Below are positions 9,912-20,376 of a DNA stretch of 64,000 nucleotides, in pieces. A program made the position numbers and the translations under genes. How positions within the stretch are numbered: the stretch's first letter is position 1; each line of letters begins with the position of its first letter. The stretch is from a bacterium (GTDB taxonomy: Bacteria > Hinthialibacterota > Hinthialibacteria > Hinthialibacterales > Hinthialibacteraceae): the NCBI GenBank assembly GCA_963662285.2, contig CAXXMV010000001.1, forward strand, positions 736,001-800,000. Direction: 5' to 3'. The notes under the pieces are model-generated. The model was not told the DNA's origin and did no database searches. It saw only the letters and a program-made list of their open reading frames with translations.

Positions 9912-10655
9912 ATGCGAATAATCGATAGGAAAAGCCAACGTAAACTATACTTGCAACTGGTTGATATATTAAAAGATGCAATCGATAAAGGCGAACTGGT
10001 AACCGGCAACCAATTACCGACCGAAGATAACCTTTGCATTCAGCAGGGAGTGAGCAAGGCCGTTGTGCGCGCTGCGCTGCAAGAATTAGCCAGAGACGGT
10101 TACGTGCGCCGCGTCCCCGGCAAAGGCACCTTTGTTGAAAGTCCGGTTGAAGTGCAGGGAGTGTGGTTGAGTTCTCAACTGACGGAAAATCTGCTTGATT
10201 TCGGGGCGCCCTGGAAAACGAAAGTCATTCAAAAGATGTTATCGGTGGCGCCTTCTGACCTCATCGAATTGTTTGCTATGGAATCAGGACATCAAGTGTT
10301 TAAGGTAAGCCGCCTGCGCTTCATCAAAGATGTTCCAGCCGTTTTGGAAACGGCCTATGTATCGCATGATCTATGCCCCGGATTGGCGTTGGAAGATTTC
10401 AGAGAAAGATCGTTGATAGAGATCATCAACAGCAACTACGGCATCCCCATCACCCGTTGCGCCGATTCAATCGAGATCACTTCCCTGGAAGACAGAGAAG
10501 CCGATTTACTTAACCAGAAGAAGGGTGAAATGGCTCTGCTGACGGATCGCATCCTATACACCAGCAATAACCGGGTCACCGCTTTTATTCGCTTCATCTC
10601 CATATCACAAGACCACCGCATCACCTTCGAGTCGGTGCGCACTCCTGGAGAATAA
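9912..10655 (+). CDS. GntR-family (HutC/UTRA) transcriptional regulator
   Basis: LYLQL...LPTE..L....GVS...VR.AL..L..DG...R..GKGTFV wHTH plus UTRA-like C-terminus. Confidence 0.9.
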   Translation: MRIIDRKSQRKLYLQLVDILKDAIDKGELVTGNQLPTEDNLCIQQGVSKAVVRAALQELARDGYVRRVPGKGTFVESPVEVQGVWLSSQLTENLLDFGAPWKTKVIQKMLSVAPSDLIELFAMESGHQVFKVSRLRFIKDVPAVLETAYVSHDLCPGLALEDFRERSLIEIINSNYGIPITRCADSIEITSLEDREADLLNQKKGEMALLTDRILYTSNNRVTAFIRFISISQDHRITFESVRTPGE

Positions 10656-10697
10656 GGTGATCTCTTTAGCCCCCTCACCCTAGCCCTCTCCCGGAGG

Positions 10698-11023
10698 TGT
10701 ACTGTCCGTACACAAATCTGGAGAGGAGAACGAAATGTGGGATATCATTGTGCGGGGAGCATCGGATTCTAGCCGGTGCATAAAAAAACCAATAAACCAG
10801 TCAACCAATTCCAAATATCTCGTAGAATTCTTCCTCACATGCAATATACTCCTGACGCCATTGGTAATTCAAAAAATTGGTTTAAGCAAATCGGTTAAGG
10901 AGATATTGCTTAAAAATATGGAAAAGTATACGTTTTTATAGAGAACCAAAGGGATTGGCATACCGGCTGGAAGCCGATGCTCCCCACTATCCACTATCAC
11001 ACAACAATATGTACGGAGAGTAG
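10698..11023. mobile_element. 326 bp non-autonomous IS-derived element (MITE) inserted in a REP-like repeat
   Basis: Terminal IRs TACTGTCCGTACA / TGTACGGAGAGTA (1 mismatch in 13); 8 bp flanking direct repeat CCCGGAGG at 10690-10697 and 11024-11031. Confidence 0.7.
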
Positions 11024-11075
11024 CCCGGAGGGAGAGGGGGATTTTGTTGCATATTATTTATTCATTGAATATCAT

Positions 11076-12425
11076 TTATTCAGCAGAATTCGCTTCCGCC
11101 CACTGATAGAGCATCTGCACGGATTTCCCCAACACGCCAGCCGAGCCGCGGAATGAGCCTGAGCCGCGAGGTTCATTTTTGACGCTATACCATTCATAGA
11201 ATCCATTATTTTTATGTACGCGCTCCATCATGGGGATCAACTGTTCGTAGGCTTCCTTGATGAAGCCATGCTGAATCAGGCCTTGAATCATGCGACCGCC
11301 GAACCAGGTCCAGTCGCCGCCATTCTGGTATGAGTACGGCCCCATGCCTTTATTCTTATAGAAGCCAGCGGGATATGGTGGGTAAACTGTTAACCCGATG
11401 GAACCAGCGCCTGATTTTTTCACATTATCAATCATCTTTTGCAGCGTTACGGCAATCTCCGGCTTGGTCATGAAACCGGCTTGAATGGCGACAGCGGAGC
11501 CGCCATGATAAAAGATTTCCAGCTCGTTGAAATCCTTGGGAAATGGTGAATCATCCAGGTAAATATGGGGAATGTATTTTTGACGTTTTGCATCCCACAG
11601 ATGCTGGCGGACATTGGCTTTGATATCTTTCAGGGTTTTCTTCCACTTCGCCGACTCGTCATTATCCGCTGGAAGCATAGAGATGTAATTGGAGATAGCA
11701 ATAGCGAACATGGCGTTATCGTATATATCAATGGCGCGATGGGTGTTCTCATCAATCACTACGCCCCAATCATGTTCGGGCTGCACATCGCCCCAATCAG
11801 AGGTGGTGGCGCCCCACAGTAAACCATATTTTTCTGAATAGCGTTTGGTCAATAGAAAATCCATAGCCCATGCCATGCGCTGCAAAACGGTTTTTCCATT
11901 GATATTATCTTCTAATATACTCTTGTCGCCGGTTTTGTTTACGTAAAGATAAACGGCCTGAATCAGAGAGGATTCCTGATCGGTCTCGACTGTGTTTTTG
12001 TGCGCTGCAAATGAACTTATATCGCCTTTCTTGATGTAATCGTATCCAACACCCGCTTTCTCTTTGGGGATGAAACCATCAATAATATTTCCATCATCAC
12101 CCTGAAAACGGAAAAACATCAACAGGTTATCTTTGATCTTCTGATGGTCGATAACATCGCAGGATAGTTCAATGAATGTATTAAAATCACGAATCCATAC
12201 TTCTCCATATCCATCACCAGCGTTAAATCCAGTTTTGACCAATGCATTGGATTTATCGAGCAATGATTTCAGCGACTTGTTCGACAGGATCGTTTTGGCA
12301 AGCGTCTGTTTCTCGACTTTAGACAAGGATTTAATGGCCGAACTCTCTGTTGAAAATGAATCAGCCGTCATAAATAATAAAATGAAGCTTGCCAGAAAAC
12401 GCGCGAGGCTTATTTTGTTTAACAT
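11076..12425 (-). CDS. Secreted six-hairpin (alpha/alpha)6 glycoside hydrolase (amylo-alpha-1,6-glucosidase-like)
   Basis: Signal peptide; YGEVWIRD, DWGD, YQNGGDW.W, FYEWY motifs. Confidence 0.7.
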   Translation of the reverse strand: MLNKISLARFLASFILLFMTADSFSTESSAIKSLSKVEKQTLAKTILSNKSLKSLLDKSNALVKTGFNAGDGYGEVWIRDFNTFIELSCDVIDHQKIKDNLLMFFRFQGDDGNIIDGFIPKEKAGVGYDYIKKGDISSFAAHKNTVETDQESSLIQAVYLYVNKTGDKSILEDNINGKTVLQRMAWAMDFLLTKRYSEKYGLLWGATTSDWGDVQPEHDWGVVIDENTHRAIDIYDNAMFAIAISNYISMLPADNDESAKWKKTLKDIKANVRQHLWDAKRQKYIPHIYLDDSPFPKDFNELEIFYHGGSAVAIQAGFMTKPEIAVTLQKMIDNVKKSGAGSIGLTVYPPYPAGFYKNKGMGPYSYQNGGDWTWFGGRMIQGLIQHGFIKEAYEQLIPMMERVHKNNGFYEWYSVKNEPRGSGSFRGSAGVLGKSVQMLYQWAEANSAE

Positions 12426-12433
12426 TATTTCTC

Positions 12434-13696
12434 CTATGTTTTCCGGGGTTTCTTTTTAGCTGCTGGAAATAGTACGTTGTTTAATATCAATCTATAGCCC
12501 GGCGAGTTGGGATGTTGCGACAAATCAGTATCCTGTTCGCCAACCAGGTGCTGAGGATCTTCAGGATCATGACCTCCCAGAAAAGTGAAGGTTCCTTTGT
12601 TCAACACTCCGTGAATATATTTGGTGACGCCCTCGCCAGGGAATTCTCCTAACACAACTATATTGGCCTTTAATTTTGACTTGCGGAATGCGGTGGTCTG
12701 ACCCCAAAAATCTTCGATTTTTTTGACATGGTTCTGATTAAGCATACAGGGCACCGGATCAAACTTGGCGGAGAAATCAAATAGTTGGAATTTGTTAGCC
12801 CGGTATCGCTCTCCAGGCGTGGATGGGCTGGGACTGGCGTCAATATCAGAAAATTCATAAATCATAGGATCAGGAACAAGGGTGAAATTCTGGAATGCGA
12901 AAGTCCGGGAAAAATCTATCCGCTCCTGCCATCCAGGCGTCATTCCATCACCGTCAATCAATTTCTCAACAATATCCACGCCATCAGCCGCCAGCGAAAT
13001 ATCCAGGGTGTCGCAGGCGGCGCACATGGCGAACAAAAAACCGCCCTGATTGACATACTCGCGAATGGTTTTGGCGACGGCGCTTTTATGCTGCTGAACT
13101 TTAACATAACCGGCGGCGTTGGCGGCGGCTTGAAACCGGCGTACTTTTTCTTGATACCAGGCCTGACCATGAAAATTACGATAAAACTTGCCAAACTGTC
13201 CGGTGAAATCCTCATGATGCAGGTGCAGCCAATCGTACTCCGCCAACCGCCCGGAAAGCACTTCTTTATCCCATATCGGATCATAAGGTATCTTGGCGTA
13301 TTTCAAGGCCAGCAGAACCGCATCATCCCAGAGGTCTCTATTGGGTGGAGTATAAACCGCAACTTTGGGCGCTTTTTCCAGTGGAACCACATCCATATTA
13401 TTCAGGTCAATTTCCTGGTGGATAGCGGCGATCTGCGCATCAGTCACCCTGAGGCAGGTTACGCCCATTAAATTGGCCTGACGTTGGGTATCTTCGGTCT
13501 CATATACCAGAAATGAACCATCCCGGTAATTCAAAAGCCACTCGCTCTTATAAACTCGCGGCGCCTGCAATACCCAATAGGTCAATCCATAAGCGCGCAG
13601 ATGATCGGTCTGAGTGGAATCCATAGGGATCAAGACCCCATCACACCAGGCATTAAGCGAAAAAACGAAGATAAAGATAAAACTGACAAGTCTCAT
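12434..13696 (-). CDS. Conserved secreted protein with class I GATase-like fold (family often mislabelled 'asparagine synthetase B')
   Basis: LIPMD..Q..HL.AYG..YW, DWLHLHHEDFTGQ.GKF, FAMC.A.D, GGHDPED, PNSPGYRLILNNVLFPAA. Confidence 0.65.
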   Translation of the reverse strand: MRLVSFIFIFVFSLNAWCDGVLIPMDSTQTDHLRAYGLTYWVLQAPRVYKSEWLLNYRDGSFLVYETEDTQRQANLMGVTCLRVTDAQIAAIHQEIDLNNMDVVPLEKAPKVAVYTPPNRDLWDDAVLLALKYAKIPYDPIWDKEVLSGRLAEYDWLHLHHEDFTGQFGKFYRNFHGQAWYQEKVRRFQAAANAAGYVKVQQHKSAVAKTIREYVNQGGFLFAMCAACDTLDISLAADGVDIVEKLIDGDGMTPGWQERIDFSRTFAFQNFTLVPDPMIYEFSDIDASPSPSTPGERYRANKFQLFDFSAKFDPVPCMLNQNHVKKIEDFWGQTTAFRKSKLKANIVVLGEFPGEGVTKYIHGVLNKGTFTFLGGHDPEDPQHLVGEQDTDLSQHPNSPGYRLILNNVLFPAAKKKPRKT

Positions 13697-13769
13697 TATT
13701 TTTTGTCTTTTTTAATTTAATTTTCAATTGAGCAGAACGCGTCAATCAACCTGAACCACGCCCGACGCT

Positions 13770-14366
13770 CTATGGCAGCATGAATCCCAATATCAACGCA
13801 ACGCCTTTGAACACCATCCATATTGTCACAATAGTAAGTATGGCGCCCGAAAAAAGAATCAGGAAGCCGGGAGCAATTAATAGCAAAGAGGCTTGCTGAG
13901 GCGTCAGTTCGTGCGATTCGCAAAGGGCGAAATAGAGCAAGGTACAAAAGGCGGCGCCGAACATCAGCAGGTTAACGAATGGCAGGGGAATCAGCCAGGT
14001 ATAAGCCGCCACGCTCGAATAGGCCACGCAGCGGAATGTAACCTCAAATTTCTCATTGCCGCCTAATAATCTGATAAGACCATGCAATATCACGGTCGAT
14101 AAAAAAAGCAGCGCTACGCCGTACACCATAGATGGCAAAACGAAGATAAGCGATAATCCCAATGTAAAAGGCGCAATCAACAATCCATAGAACAAAACCG
14201 GAATCAGTATATTAACTCCAGCAAACAGAGTTGGTTCGAGAAAGCCGGACTCTTCCCGGCTCTTGCGGAAGAAATCATTGGGAGTGGTAACAATGGCCTT
14301 GATTTCCTCGATATAGCGATGGATGAAATCAACCAGTCTTTTTTGAAATGTCTTATAATCGTTCAT
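13770..14366 (-). CDS. YIP1-family membrane protein
   Basis: P..FF N-terminal motif, ~5 TM helices, GG...F..TFR.VAYS. Confidence 0.75.
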   Translation of the reverse strand: MNDYKTFQKRLVDFIHRYIEEIKAIVTTPNDFFRKSREESGFLEPTLFAGVNILIPVLFYGLLIAPFTLGLSLIFVLPSMVYGVALLFLSTVILHGLIRLLGGNEKFEVTFRCVAYSSVAAYTWLIPLPFVNLLMFGAAFCTLLYFALCESHELTPQQASLLLIAPGFLILFSGAILTIVTIWMVFKGVALILGFMLP

Positions 14367-14503
14367 AATCTTCTAACATTTTTCCATTAATATAAAAAAA
14401 GCGCTTCAAGAAAACTCAAGAACACGTAACAACAATAATGGTTTCATCTTTGTATAGCATGAATCCATCATTAAAGATATCATACCTTATCTAAATCAAA
14501 TAT

Positions 14504-15910
14504 GTGAGTCGTGACAGTAAAACTATGCGTGATTATCCCGCTCAGGATACATTATTCCCCGGCGAATCCAAAGCGGAATTCGACGATGCCGGGGCGCTTG
14601 ATCCTTCATCCGTACCTCTGGCTGAACGTTGCCGTCCTGCCAGTTTGAGCGATTTCTTCGGCCAAGAGGAAATCGTGGGGATAGGACGACCTCTGCGAAA
14701 ATCCATCGAACGGGACCGTATTCCCTCTATGGTTCTATGGGGCCCACCCGGAAGCGGAAAAACAACCTTGGCGCGTCTGTTGGCCAGGTTGTCAAAATCT
14801 CAATTCCTCAAATTATCAGCCACCAGCAGCGGCATCAAAGATTTACGCGTAATCGTTGACCGCGCCCGTAGCATACGGCGCAGTAACAATATGGCCACTA
14901 TCCTTTTTATTGATGAAATCCATCGCTGGAATAAATCTCAACAGGACGCCCTGCTGCCTCATGTTGAATCCGGACTCATTACGCTGATCGGCGCAACCAC
15001 CGAGAATCCCTCTTTTGAAGTCAATGGGGCGCTCTTGTCGCGGGTGACGGTATATACCTTGCAAACGCTCGATACGCCCTATCTGGTAAAGATAATCCAG
15101 CGGGGCGTCGAAATCCTGATCAGCGAAGGACATGCCATAACCGCTGAACCGGACGCGCTGCAAGCCATTGCCTCGGTTTCACATGGCGACGCCCGCGTTG
15201 CCTTGAACGCCCTTGAACAGGTAGTAGAATTCATGAGCGCAGGGGCGGAAGCCGTTCTTTTAACCAAAGACGCCGTAGTGAAGACATTGCAGGAGAAGAG
15301 CATACTCTACGACAAGTCAGGCGAAGAACACTACAACCTTATCTCAGCCCTGCATAAAAGTATGCGCGACAGCGATCCTCAGGGAACGCTTTACTGGCTA
15401 GCCCGCATGTTGGAAGCGGGCGAAGATCCACTGTTTGTGGTTCGGCGCATCATACGATTCGCTTCAGAAGATATCGGGCTGGCCGATCCCAACGCCTTGC
15501 TGCTGGCTATCGCGGCGCGCGATTCTTACCATTTCCTCGGATCGCCGGAAGGTGAATTGGCAATAGCTCAAGCTGCCGCATATATGGCGGTAGCCCCCAA
15601 AAGCAACGCCATTTATTCAGCATACAGCCAGGCGGTTGAAGCGGTGAAAAAACATGGCTACCTGCCCGTACCCAAACATATCCGCAACGCTCCAACAAAA
15701 TTAATGAAAGATATGGGATATGGCAGTGGATATAAATACGCGCATGATTATGATGAAGCCTTCGTCATGCAGGAACATTTACCGGATGAGCTTAGCGGGA
15801 TGAAATTCTATCAACCCACGGATAGAGGACGTGAAGCCAATATCCAGGAACGTATGAAACAATGGGATGCCTTGGCATCGAAACATAAAGATAAAAAGAT
15901 CCAAAAATGA
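14504..15910 (+). CDS. rarA: Replication-associated recombination protein A (MgsA AAA+ ATPase)
   Basis: PLAERCRP, GPPGSGKTT, FIDEIHR, GATTENP, HYNLISALHKSMR.SD, GYKYAHD. Confidence 0.95.
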   Translation: MSRDSKTMRDYPAQDTLFPGESKAEFDDAGALDPSSVPLAERCRPASLSDFFGQEEIVGIGRPLRKSIERDRIPSMVLWGPPGSGKTTLARLLARLSKSQFLKLSATSSGIKDLRVIVDRARSIRRSNNMATILFIDEIHRWNKSQQDALLPHVESGLITLIGATTENPSFEVNGALLSRVTVYTLQTLDTPYLVKIIQRGVEILISEGHAITAEPDALQAIASVSHGDARVALNALEQVVEFMSAGAEAVLLTKDAVVKTLQEKSILYDKSGEEHYNLISALHKSMRDSDPQGTLYWLARMLEAGEDPLFVVRRIIRFASEDIGLADPNALLLAIAARDSYHFLGSPEGELAIAQAAAYMAVAPKSNAIYSAYSQAVEAVKKHGYLPVPKHIRNAPTKLMKDMGYGSGYKYAHDYDEAFVMQEHLPDELSGMKFYQPTDRGREANIQERMKQWDALASKHKDKKIQK

Positions 15911-16947
15911 ATCTAAACGATCCCCGTATTTTTGAAGAATTGCACTGCTATGTTAATCAATCCGAACAGACAGCGGTAATGCGCGTCTTCCGTCGGCGTC
16001 CATTGAATTATCTGCATTTTAATGACATCGCCCGCGAAGCCCGGTTAACCGCCGACGCCGCCATCCGCGCCATCGCTTCGCTTAAAACAGAAGGCGTGCG
16101 CATCGGATCACGGCAGCCATCCGAGTATTTCTACGAACCACGCGATGAGATTTTACACCCGGATATTATCGCATCTCAACTAAATACACGCTGGTGGGGC
16201 AAGCGCATTCTGGCCAGCGATGAAATTCCATCTACCATAGATATCGCTAAATCCTGCCTGGCTATTCTTGACGATCCACATGGCCTGGTAGTCATCGCCA
16301 ACATGCAAACCCAGGGACGCGGTAGGCAAGGCAACACCTGGTTGTCGCCGCAAGGCAAAGATATCTTATTGACTTTTATTATTAGCAACAGCGATTGGAC
16401 TCCAACCCCTTCCCTGCTATCGCTATATACCGCAACAGCTGCCGCCCGCGTATTGGATACCGCATACGGCATTCCAATATCGATTAAATGGCCCAACGAC
16501 CTGATGGTGGATGGACGCAAACTGGGCGGTGTTATGGTCGAACGGGATGACCAACATGGCGTGGTTTTGGCGAGTATGGGATTAAATATACAAAGCCAGC
16601 CAGCCGACTGGCCTATGGCGCTGCGCACGCAAAGCACATCCTTAGCCATGCTCGATACAGATGAAGAACTACACCGCGATACGATCATCGCCCAATGCGG
16701 AACCACCTGGGAAGCGCTGTGGCAATCAATGATGACTGACCGGGGCGAAACGGTTCTGGGCTATTGGAAGCAGTATTCATCAACCATAGGTAAGCGCGTG
16801 AACCTGCAACACCGGGGAGCTAACATGACCGGCGCCGCCCTGGATATCGATGAAGTTGGGCGCCTCATCTTCCGCGCGGATGATGGTCAGGTGCTGGCTT
16901 TGATCGCCGAAGAAGTACAGCATCTGCGTATGGAAGAGAGTCTTTGA
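15907..16947 (+). CDS. birA: Biotin--[acetyl-CoA carboxylase] ligase with N-terminal HTH
   Basis: QTQGRGRQGNTW, KWPNDL, RKLGG; overlaps rarA stop. Confidence 0.9.
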   Translation: MNLNDPRIFEELHCYVNQSEQTAVMRVFRRRPLNYLHFNDIAREARLTADAAIRAIASLKTEGVRIGSRQPSEYFYEPRDEILHPDIIASQLNTRWWGKRILASDEIPSTIDIAKSCLAILDDPHGLVVIANMQTQGRGRQGNTWLSPQGKDILLTFIISNSDWTPTPSLLSLYTATAAARVLDTAYGIPISIKWPNDLMVDGRKLGGVMVERDDQHGVVLASMGLNIQSQPADWPMALRTQSTSLAMLDTDEELHRDTIIAQCGTTWEALWQSMMTDRGETVLGYWKQYSSTIGKRVNLQHRGANMTGAALDIDEVGRLIFRADDGQVLALIAEEVQHLRMEESL

Positions 16948-16990
16948 TAGAGCAGTTCAGAATCAGATAAAACTCAAGAGTGGTTACTAT

Positions 16991-17185
16991 CAACCCTCTC
17001 CTAACCTCTCCCAATCTTGGGAGAGGGATTTTGGCCCACCTCTGCGTAGGATGGGTCACGCCTTATCGACTCATCAAAAGACCACTTGCGAAATCCAAAA
17101 CCCTTACTAATTTTTATCAAATACCAAGCGATATTTCCAAAATCCCTCTCCCCCAACTTGGGGTAGAATTCTCAAGAGGGGGTTG
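16991..17185. repeat. Inverted pair of CCCTCTCCC/GGGAGAGGG REP-like repeats enclosing a GTAG-type REP
   Basis: 16991-17034 and 17137-17185 are approximate inverted copies; GTAGGATGGGTC..GACTCATC at 17046-17075. Confidence 0.7.
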
Positions 17186-17244
17186 TTTGCATAAACCTAA
17201 TATTTCCCAATTGAAGTAATAATAATCGAATTGTTATTTCAGTG

Positions 17245-18288
17245 TTACCTTGCTTTCAACCCATCAACGATCTCTTCAAAGATGTTGTCCAGGCTTTTGG
17301 TTATATCCCAGTCAGGGTAATGGCTTTTTAGTTTTGCCAGGTCGCTGATATAACAGATATGGTCGCCGCTGCGGTTTTCTTCGACGTACTGGCTATTCAT
17401 TTTCTGACCACTGATCGATTCAACCCGCGTAAATGCTTCAATAATCGAACAGGAGTTGCCGCGTCCACCACCGATGTTATAGACTTCGCCGCACCGGGGA
17501 TTCTTGTATATCTCTTCAATGGCGCGTGCCACATCGAATGAATGAATATTATCGCGCACCTGCTTGCCTTTGTATCCAAAAATATTGTAAACTCCACCCT
17601 CCAGGTTGACTTTCACTAGGTAGTTGAGAAATCCATGCAGTTCCACGCCGCTATGTTTTGGACCGGTCAGGCATCCACCGCGCAGACAGGTGGTCTTCAT
17701 ATCAAAATATTTACCATATTCCTGAACCATAACGTCAGCGGCGGCTTTGGATGCGCCGAAGATGCTATGTTTGCAGCGGTCGATGCGCATGGTTTCATCG
17801 ATGCCGTCGACATAAGCCTCGTCAGCGTATTCCCACCTCGTTTCCTGTTCTTTCATCGGTAATTCGTTGGGAGCGTCGCCGTATACTTTATTGGTGCTCA
17901 TGTGAACAAATACGGTTTCCGGTTGATAGCGACGGGCAGCTTCGAGCAAGTTCAATGTGCCGACAGCGTTGACATCGAAATCATCGAAAGGGCGGTCTTT
18001 AGCCAGATCGTGCGACGGTTGGGCCGCGCAGTGCACAATTAAATCAAAAGGATTATTTTCGAGCAAACTCAGCACGTCATCCCTGTTGCGGATATCCAAG
18101 TTGGCATGCAGGAAATTCTTGGTAGAAGCCTTAAGACGTTCCAGATTCCATTTAGTGTCGCCTTTGGGTCCGAAAAAATCAGCCCGCATATTATTATCCA
18201 CGCCGATAATTTTAGACGCTTTGGCATCGAAATATTCAACCACTTCCGATCCAATCAATCCACTTGAGCCGGTTACCAGAATTTTCAT
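17245..18288 (-). CDS. NAD-dependent epimerase/dehydratase (CDP-paratose 2-epimerase-like SDR)
   Basis: [37 protein letters not shown]. Confidence 0.9.
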   Translation of the reverse strand: MKILVTGSSGLIGSEVVEYFDAKASKIIGVDNNMRADFFGPKGDTKWNLERLKASTKNFLHANLDIRNRDDVLSLLENNPFDLIVHCAAQPSHDLAKDRPFDDFDVNAVGTLNLLEAARRYQPETVFVHMSTNKVYGDAPNELPMKEQETRWEYADEAYVDGIDETMRIDRCKHSIFGASKAAADVMVQEYGKYFDMKTTCLRGGCLTGPKHSGVELHGFLNYLVKVNLEGGVYNIFGYKGKQVRDNIHSFDVARAIEEIYKNPRCGEVYNIGGGRGNSCSIIEAFTRVESISGQKMNSQYVEENRSGDHICYISDLAKLKSHYPDWDITKSLDNIFEEIVDGLKAR

Positions 18289-18744
18289 ATTATTAATGTC
18301 TTCCGTGATTCCCCCGATAAAAGGGCGAGAATATTATTATATCAAAAACATCTGCCAAAATTATGCGCACATTGCACATTTGTATAATACACGCATAATT
18401 CCTAAAATCGAACTAAACGTGAACCGTTATCGTATCATATTAAAATATAGATGTTTTCGGATGCATCTTCTAGGTATGATTAGTCGACAAAAAGTGGATA
18501 CAAGAAGAAACTTACGGTATATCTTGCATAAATCATTCTTTATATCCACAAAGTATTGTGGCCATAAAATACGTTTTAGACTTTTTACCGTTTCGTCAGG
18601 TATATTTTTTCACGCAGAGTAAAACACATAAGGTTTATCAAACTTAGAACTATTTTTTTGATAAACAATATGATTCTTAAGATGATTAATACACTCGCCA
18701 ATTATCAAATAAATAAATACATTTTATATATAATATATTCAATC

Positions 18745-19122
18745 CTAATGCCTGCTTGTTGCAAGGTTTTGAAGAGCAAAGTCGAGGCGTTCTAATTCAG
18801 ATTTTAATTCCTGGAACAAACTTCTGGCCCGGATAAAATCGCAGGATTCACCTGCTAATTCCAACGCATTCGCAGCCTTAACCGCCGCCGGCGCCGCGAA
18901 ATTACTTATCATTCCTTTAAGATTATGTGAAACATTCTTAATGATTTCGCCATTATTGCTTTCAATACCTGTTTCTATTCGTTCTACAAAACCGGGGATT
19001 GCCTTATTGTATAATTGCACAATTTTACTTAATAGATCGAGATTGCCATCCACTCTTTGCATTATCTCTTCTCTATCGATAAAGGCGCAATCAATAGAGT
19101 TAGAATTTTCTCCAAACATCAT
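18745..19122 (-). CDS. Stand-alone Hpt (histidine phosphotransfer) protein
   Basis: HNLKGMISNF.A motif; GNLDLL..IV.LY helix pattern. Confidence 0.85.
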   Translation of the reverse strand: MMFGENSNSIDCAFIDREEIMQRVDGNLDLLSKIVQLYNKAIPGFVERIETGIESNNGEIIKNVSHNLKGMISNFAAPAAVKAANALELAGESCDFIRARSLFQELKSELERLDFALQNLATSRH

Positions 19123-19180
19123 AAATACTCCTTAATTTAACTTCATCCAATGAAATGCATTGCAGACATGCTTGGTGTAA

Positions 19181-19196
19181 AGCAATTTTTTGACCA
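19181..19196 (-). promoter_or_regulatory. Sigma54 promoter candidate for the Hpt gene
   Basis: TGGTCAAAAAATTGCT, GG-N10-GC spacing, ~60 bp upstream of the start. Confidence 0.5.
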
Positions 19197-19383
19197 AATA
19201 CGCGATTATTTTATATTTCTGTATTCCCGCAAATTCGCCTAAAGCGGATGCATTACGACAAACTTATTATCAAGAACTGCTATGGTGATTGCGGTAGGGG
19301 TGGATTTTTATCTGTGCAAGGTTCAACATATCTGGGTCAGTCGGTTCTAACATCACTCCGATTGCCCGAGAAAAGAAAAGGCT

Positions 19384-19890
19384 ATGACTGCAAAAACTAA
19401 TTCATTTCGCAAGATATTGCTTCATCCGGTTATGGTGTTGGCGCTACGCTTTATATTGGGCGGGACATTGATTTATGCTGGTTGGCTTAAACTGATCGAC
19501 ATGCCTGGGCTGGCTGAAGCGATAGGGAATTATCGCCTGCTGCCCTATTCGCTATCCAATCTTCCCGCCATGATTCTTCCAGCGGTTGAAGTGATAGTGG
19601 GAATCTGTCTCATTTCTGGAATCTGGTTTGATGGCGCCTTATTTTTGACATCGGCTATGTTTGCGGCTTTTGTAATCGCGATAGAATCGGCCATCTGGCG
19701 TGACCTGAATATTGATTGCGGGTGTTTTAGCACATCTGACGGCGAAATAGTAGGCGTTAAAATCCTGCTGCGGGCGGGCTTTTTGTTTCTATTTACCATT
19801 CCGATATGGATAGCCCGATACAAAATTGGTGAACCAAAAGTAGATGCAAACCCGGTTGAGATGACGGTCGATTCAGGCCCGCAGGTTTAA
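19384..19890 (+). CDS. MauE/DoxX-family membrane protein
   Basis: R..LG...IYAG..K, P.VE...G..L..G, IDCGCF. Confidence 0.85.
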   Translation: MTAKTNSFRKILLHPVMVLALRFILGGTLIYAGWLKLIDMPGLAEAIGNYRLLPYSLSNLPAMILPAVEVIVGICLISGIWFDGALFLTSAMFAAFVIAIESAIWRDLNIDCGCFSTSDGEIVGVKILLRAGFLFLFTIPIWIARYKIGEPKVDANPVEMTVDSGPQV

Positions 19891-20364
19891 TCCGCCACGA
19901 CGCGCAGCTGATTGATTAAGGGCGCCCTTCCTGGTATATACGCCGCTCTCTTCTACTGGAGCAAACTGATCCAACTCATGGCGGATGCTTTCCACTGACT
20001 GCCGCAAGAGTTGGTGATTGGAAAAATTAGCAGAACGAATGGTTTCCAGCGTTTTTTTCAGGGAATCGCCAGCTCGCTCAAGTTCTTCACGGTTGGCTGA
20101 TGGCAATTTCTCTAGAATATCTTTCAAGGTGACCTCTTTTTTGGTTATATCCAGTTTCAAAGCAATCTCATAGGTCATTTCCATCCGCCTGGATTCCAAA
20201 AACCGCGCTTGCTCAACCAGATCGCTTAATGATTCGGTGTTTTTCAACAGCTGCGCCGCATCCATAGCAGCCAGCAGTTTGCGTTCTTGCCGCTTGGCCA
20301 GTAATAGTTTTTCATGGACTTTTTGCTCTTCAGTCAGTGTATTGATCAATGGTTTCAGGTTCAT
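19873..20364 (-). CDS. flgN: Flagellar export chaperone FlgN
   Basis: Helical LE..R / N..LL..S pattern, C-terminal Y...G motif; last gene of flg operon. Confidence 0.75.
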   Translation of the reverse strand: MNLKPLINTLTEEQKVHEKLLLAKRQERKLLAAMDAAQLLKNTESLSDLVEQARFLESRRMEMTYEIALKLDITKKEVTLKDILEKLPSANREELERAGDSLKKTLETIRSANFSNHQLLRQSVESIRHELDQFAPVEESGVYTRKGALNQSAARRGGLNLRA

Positions 20365-20376
20365 GATTTTTATATC

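Noticed and set aside
10735-10941. 68 aa ORF inside the MITE as a transposase fragment
   Set aside because: No recognisable transposase motif, and it spans a REP
18300-18740. AT-rich region with TATCCACA-like words as oriC
   Set aside because: Only one or two imperfect DnaA boxes, no cluster, no dnaA nearby
19225-19260. GCAAATTCGCCTAAAGCGGATGCA as a c-di-GMP-I riboswitch
   Set aside because: Only a partial P2-like hairpin; no GAAA loop, tetraloop receptor or P1
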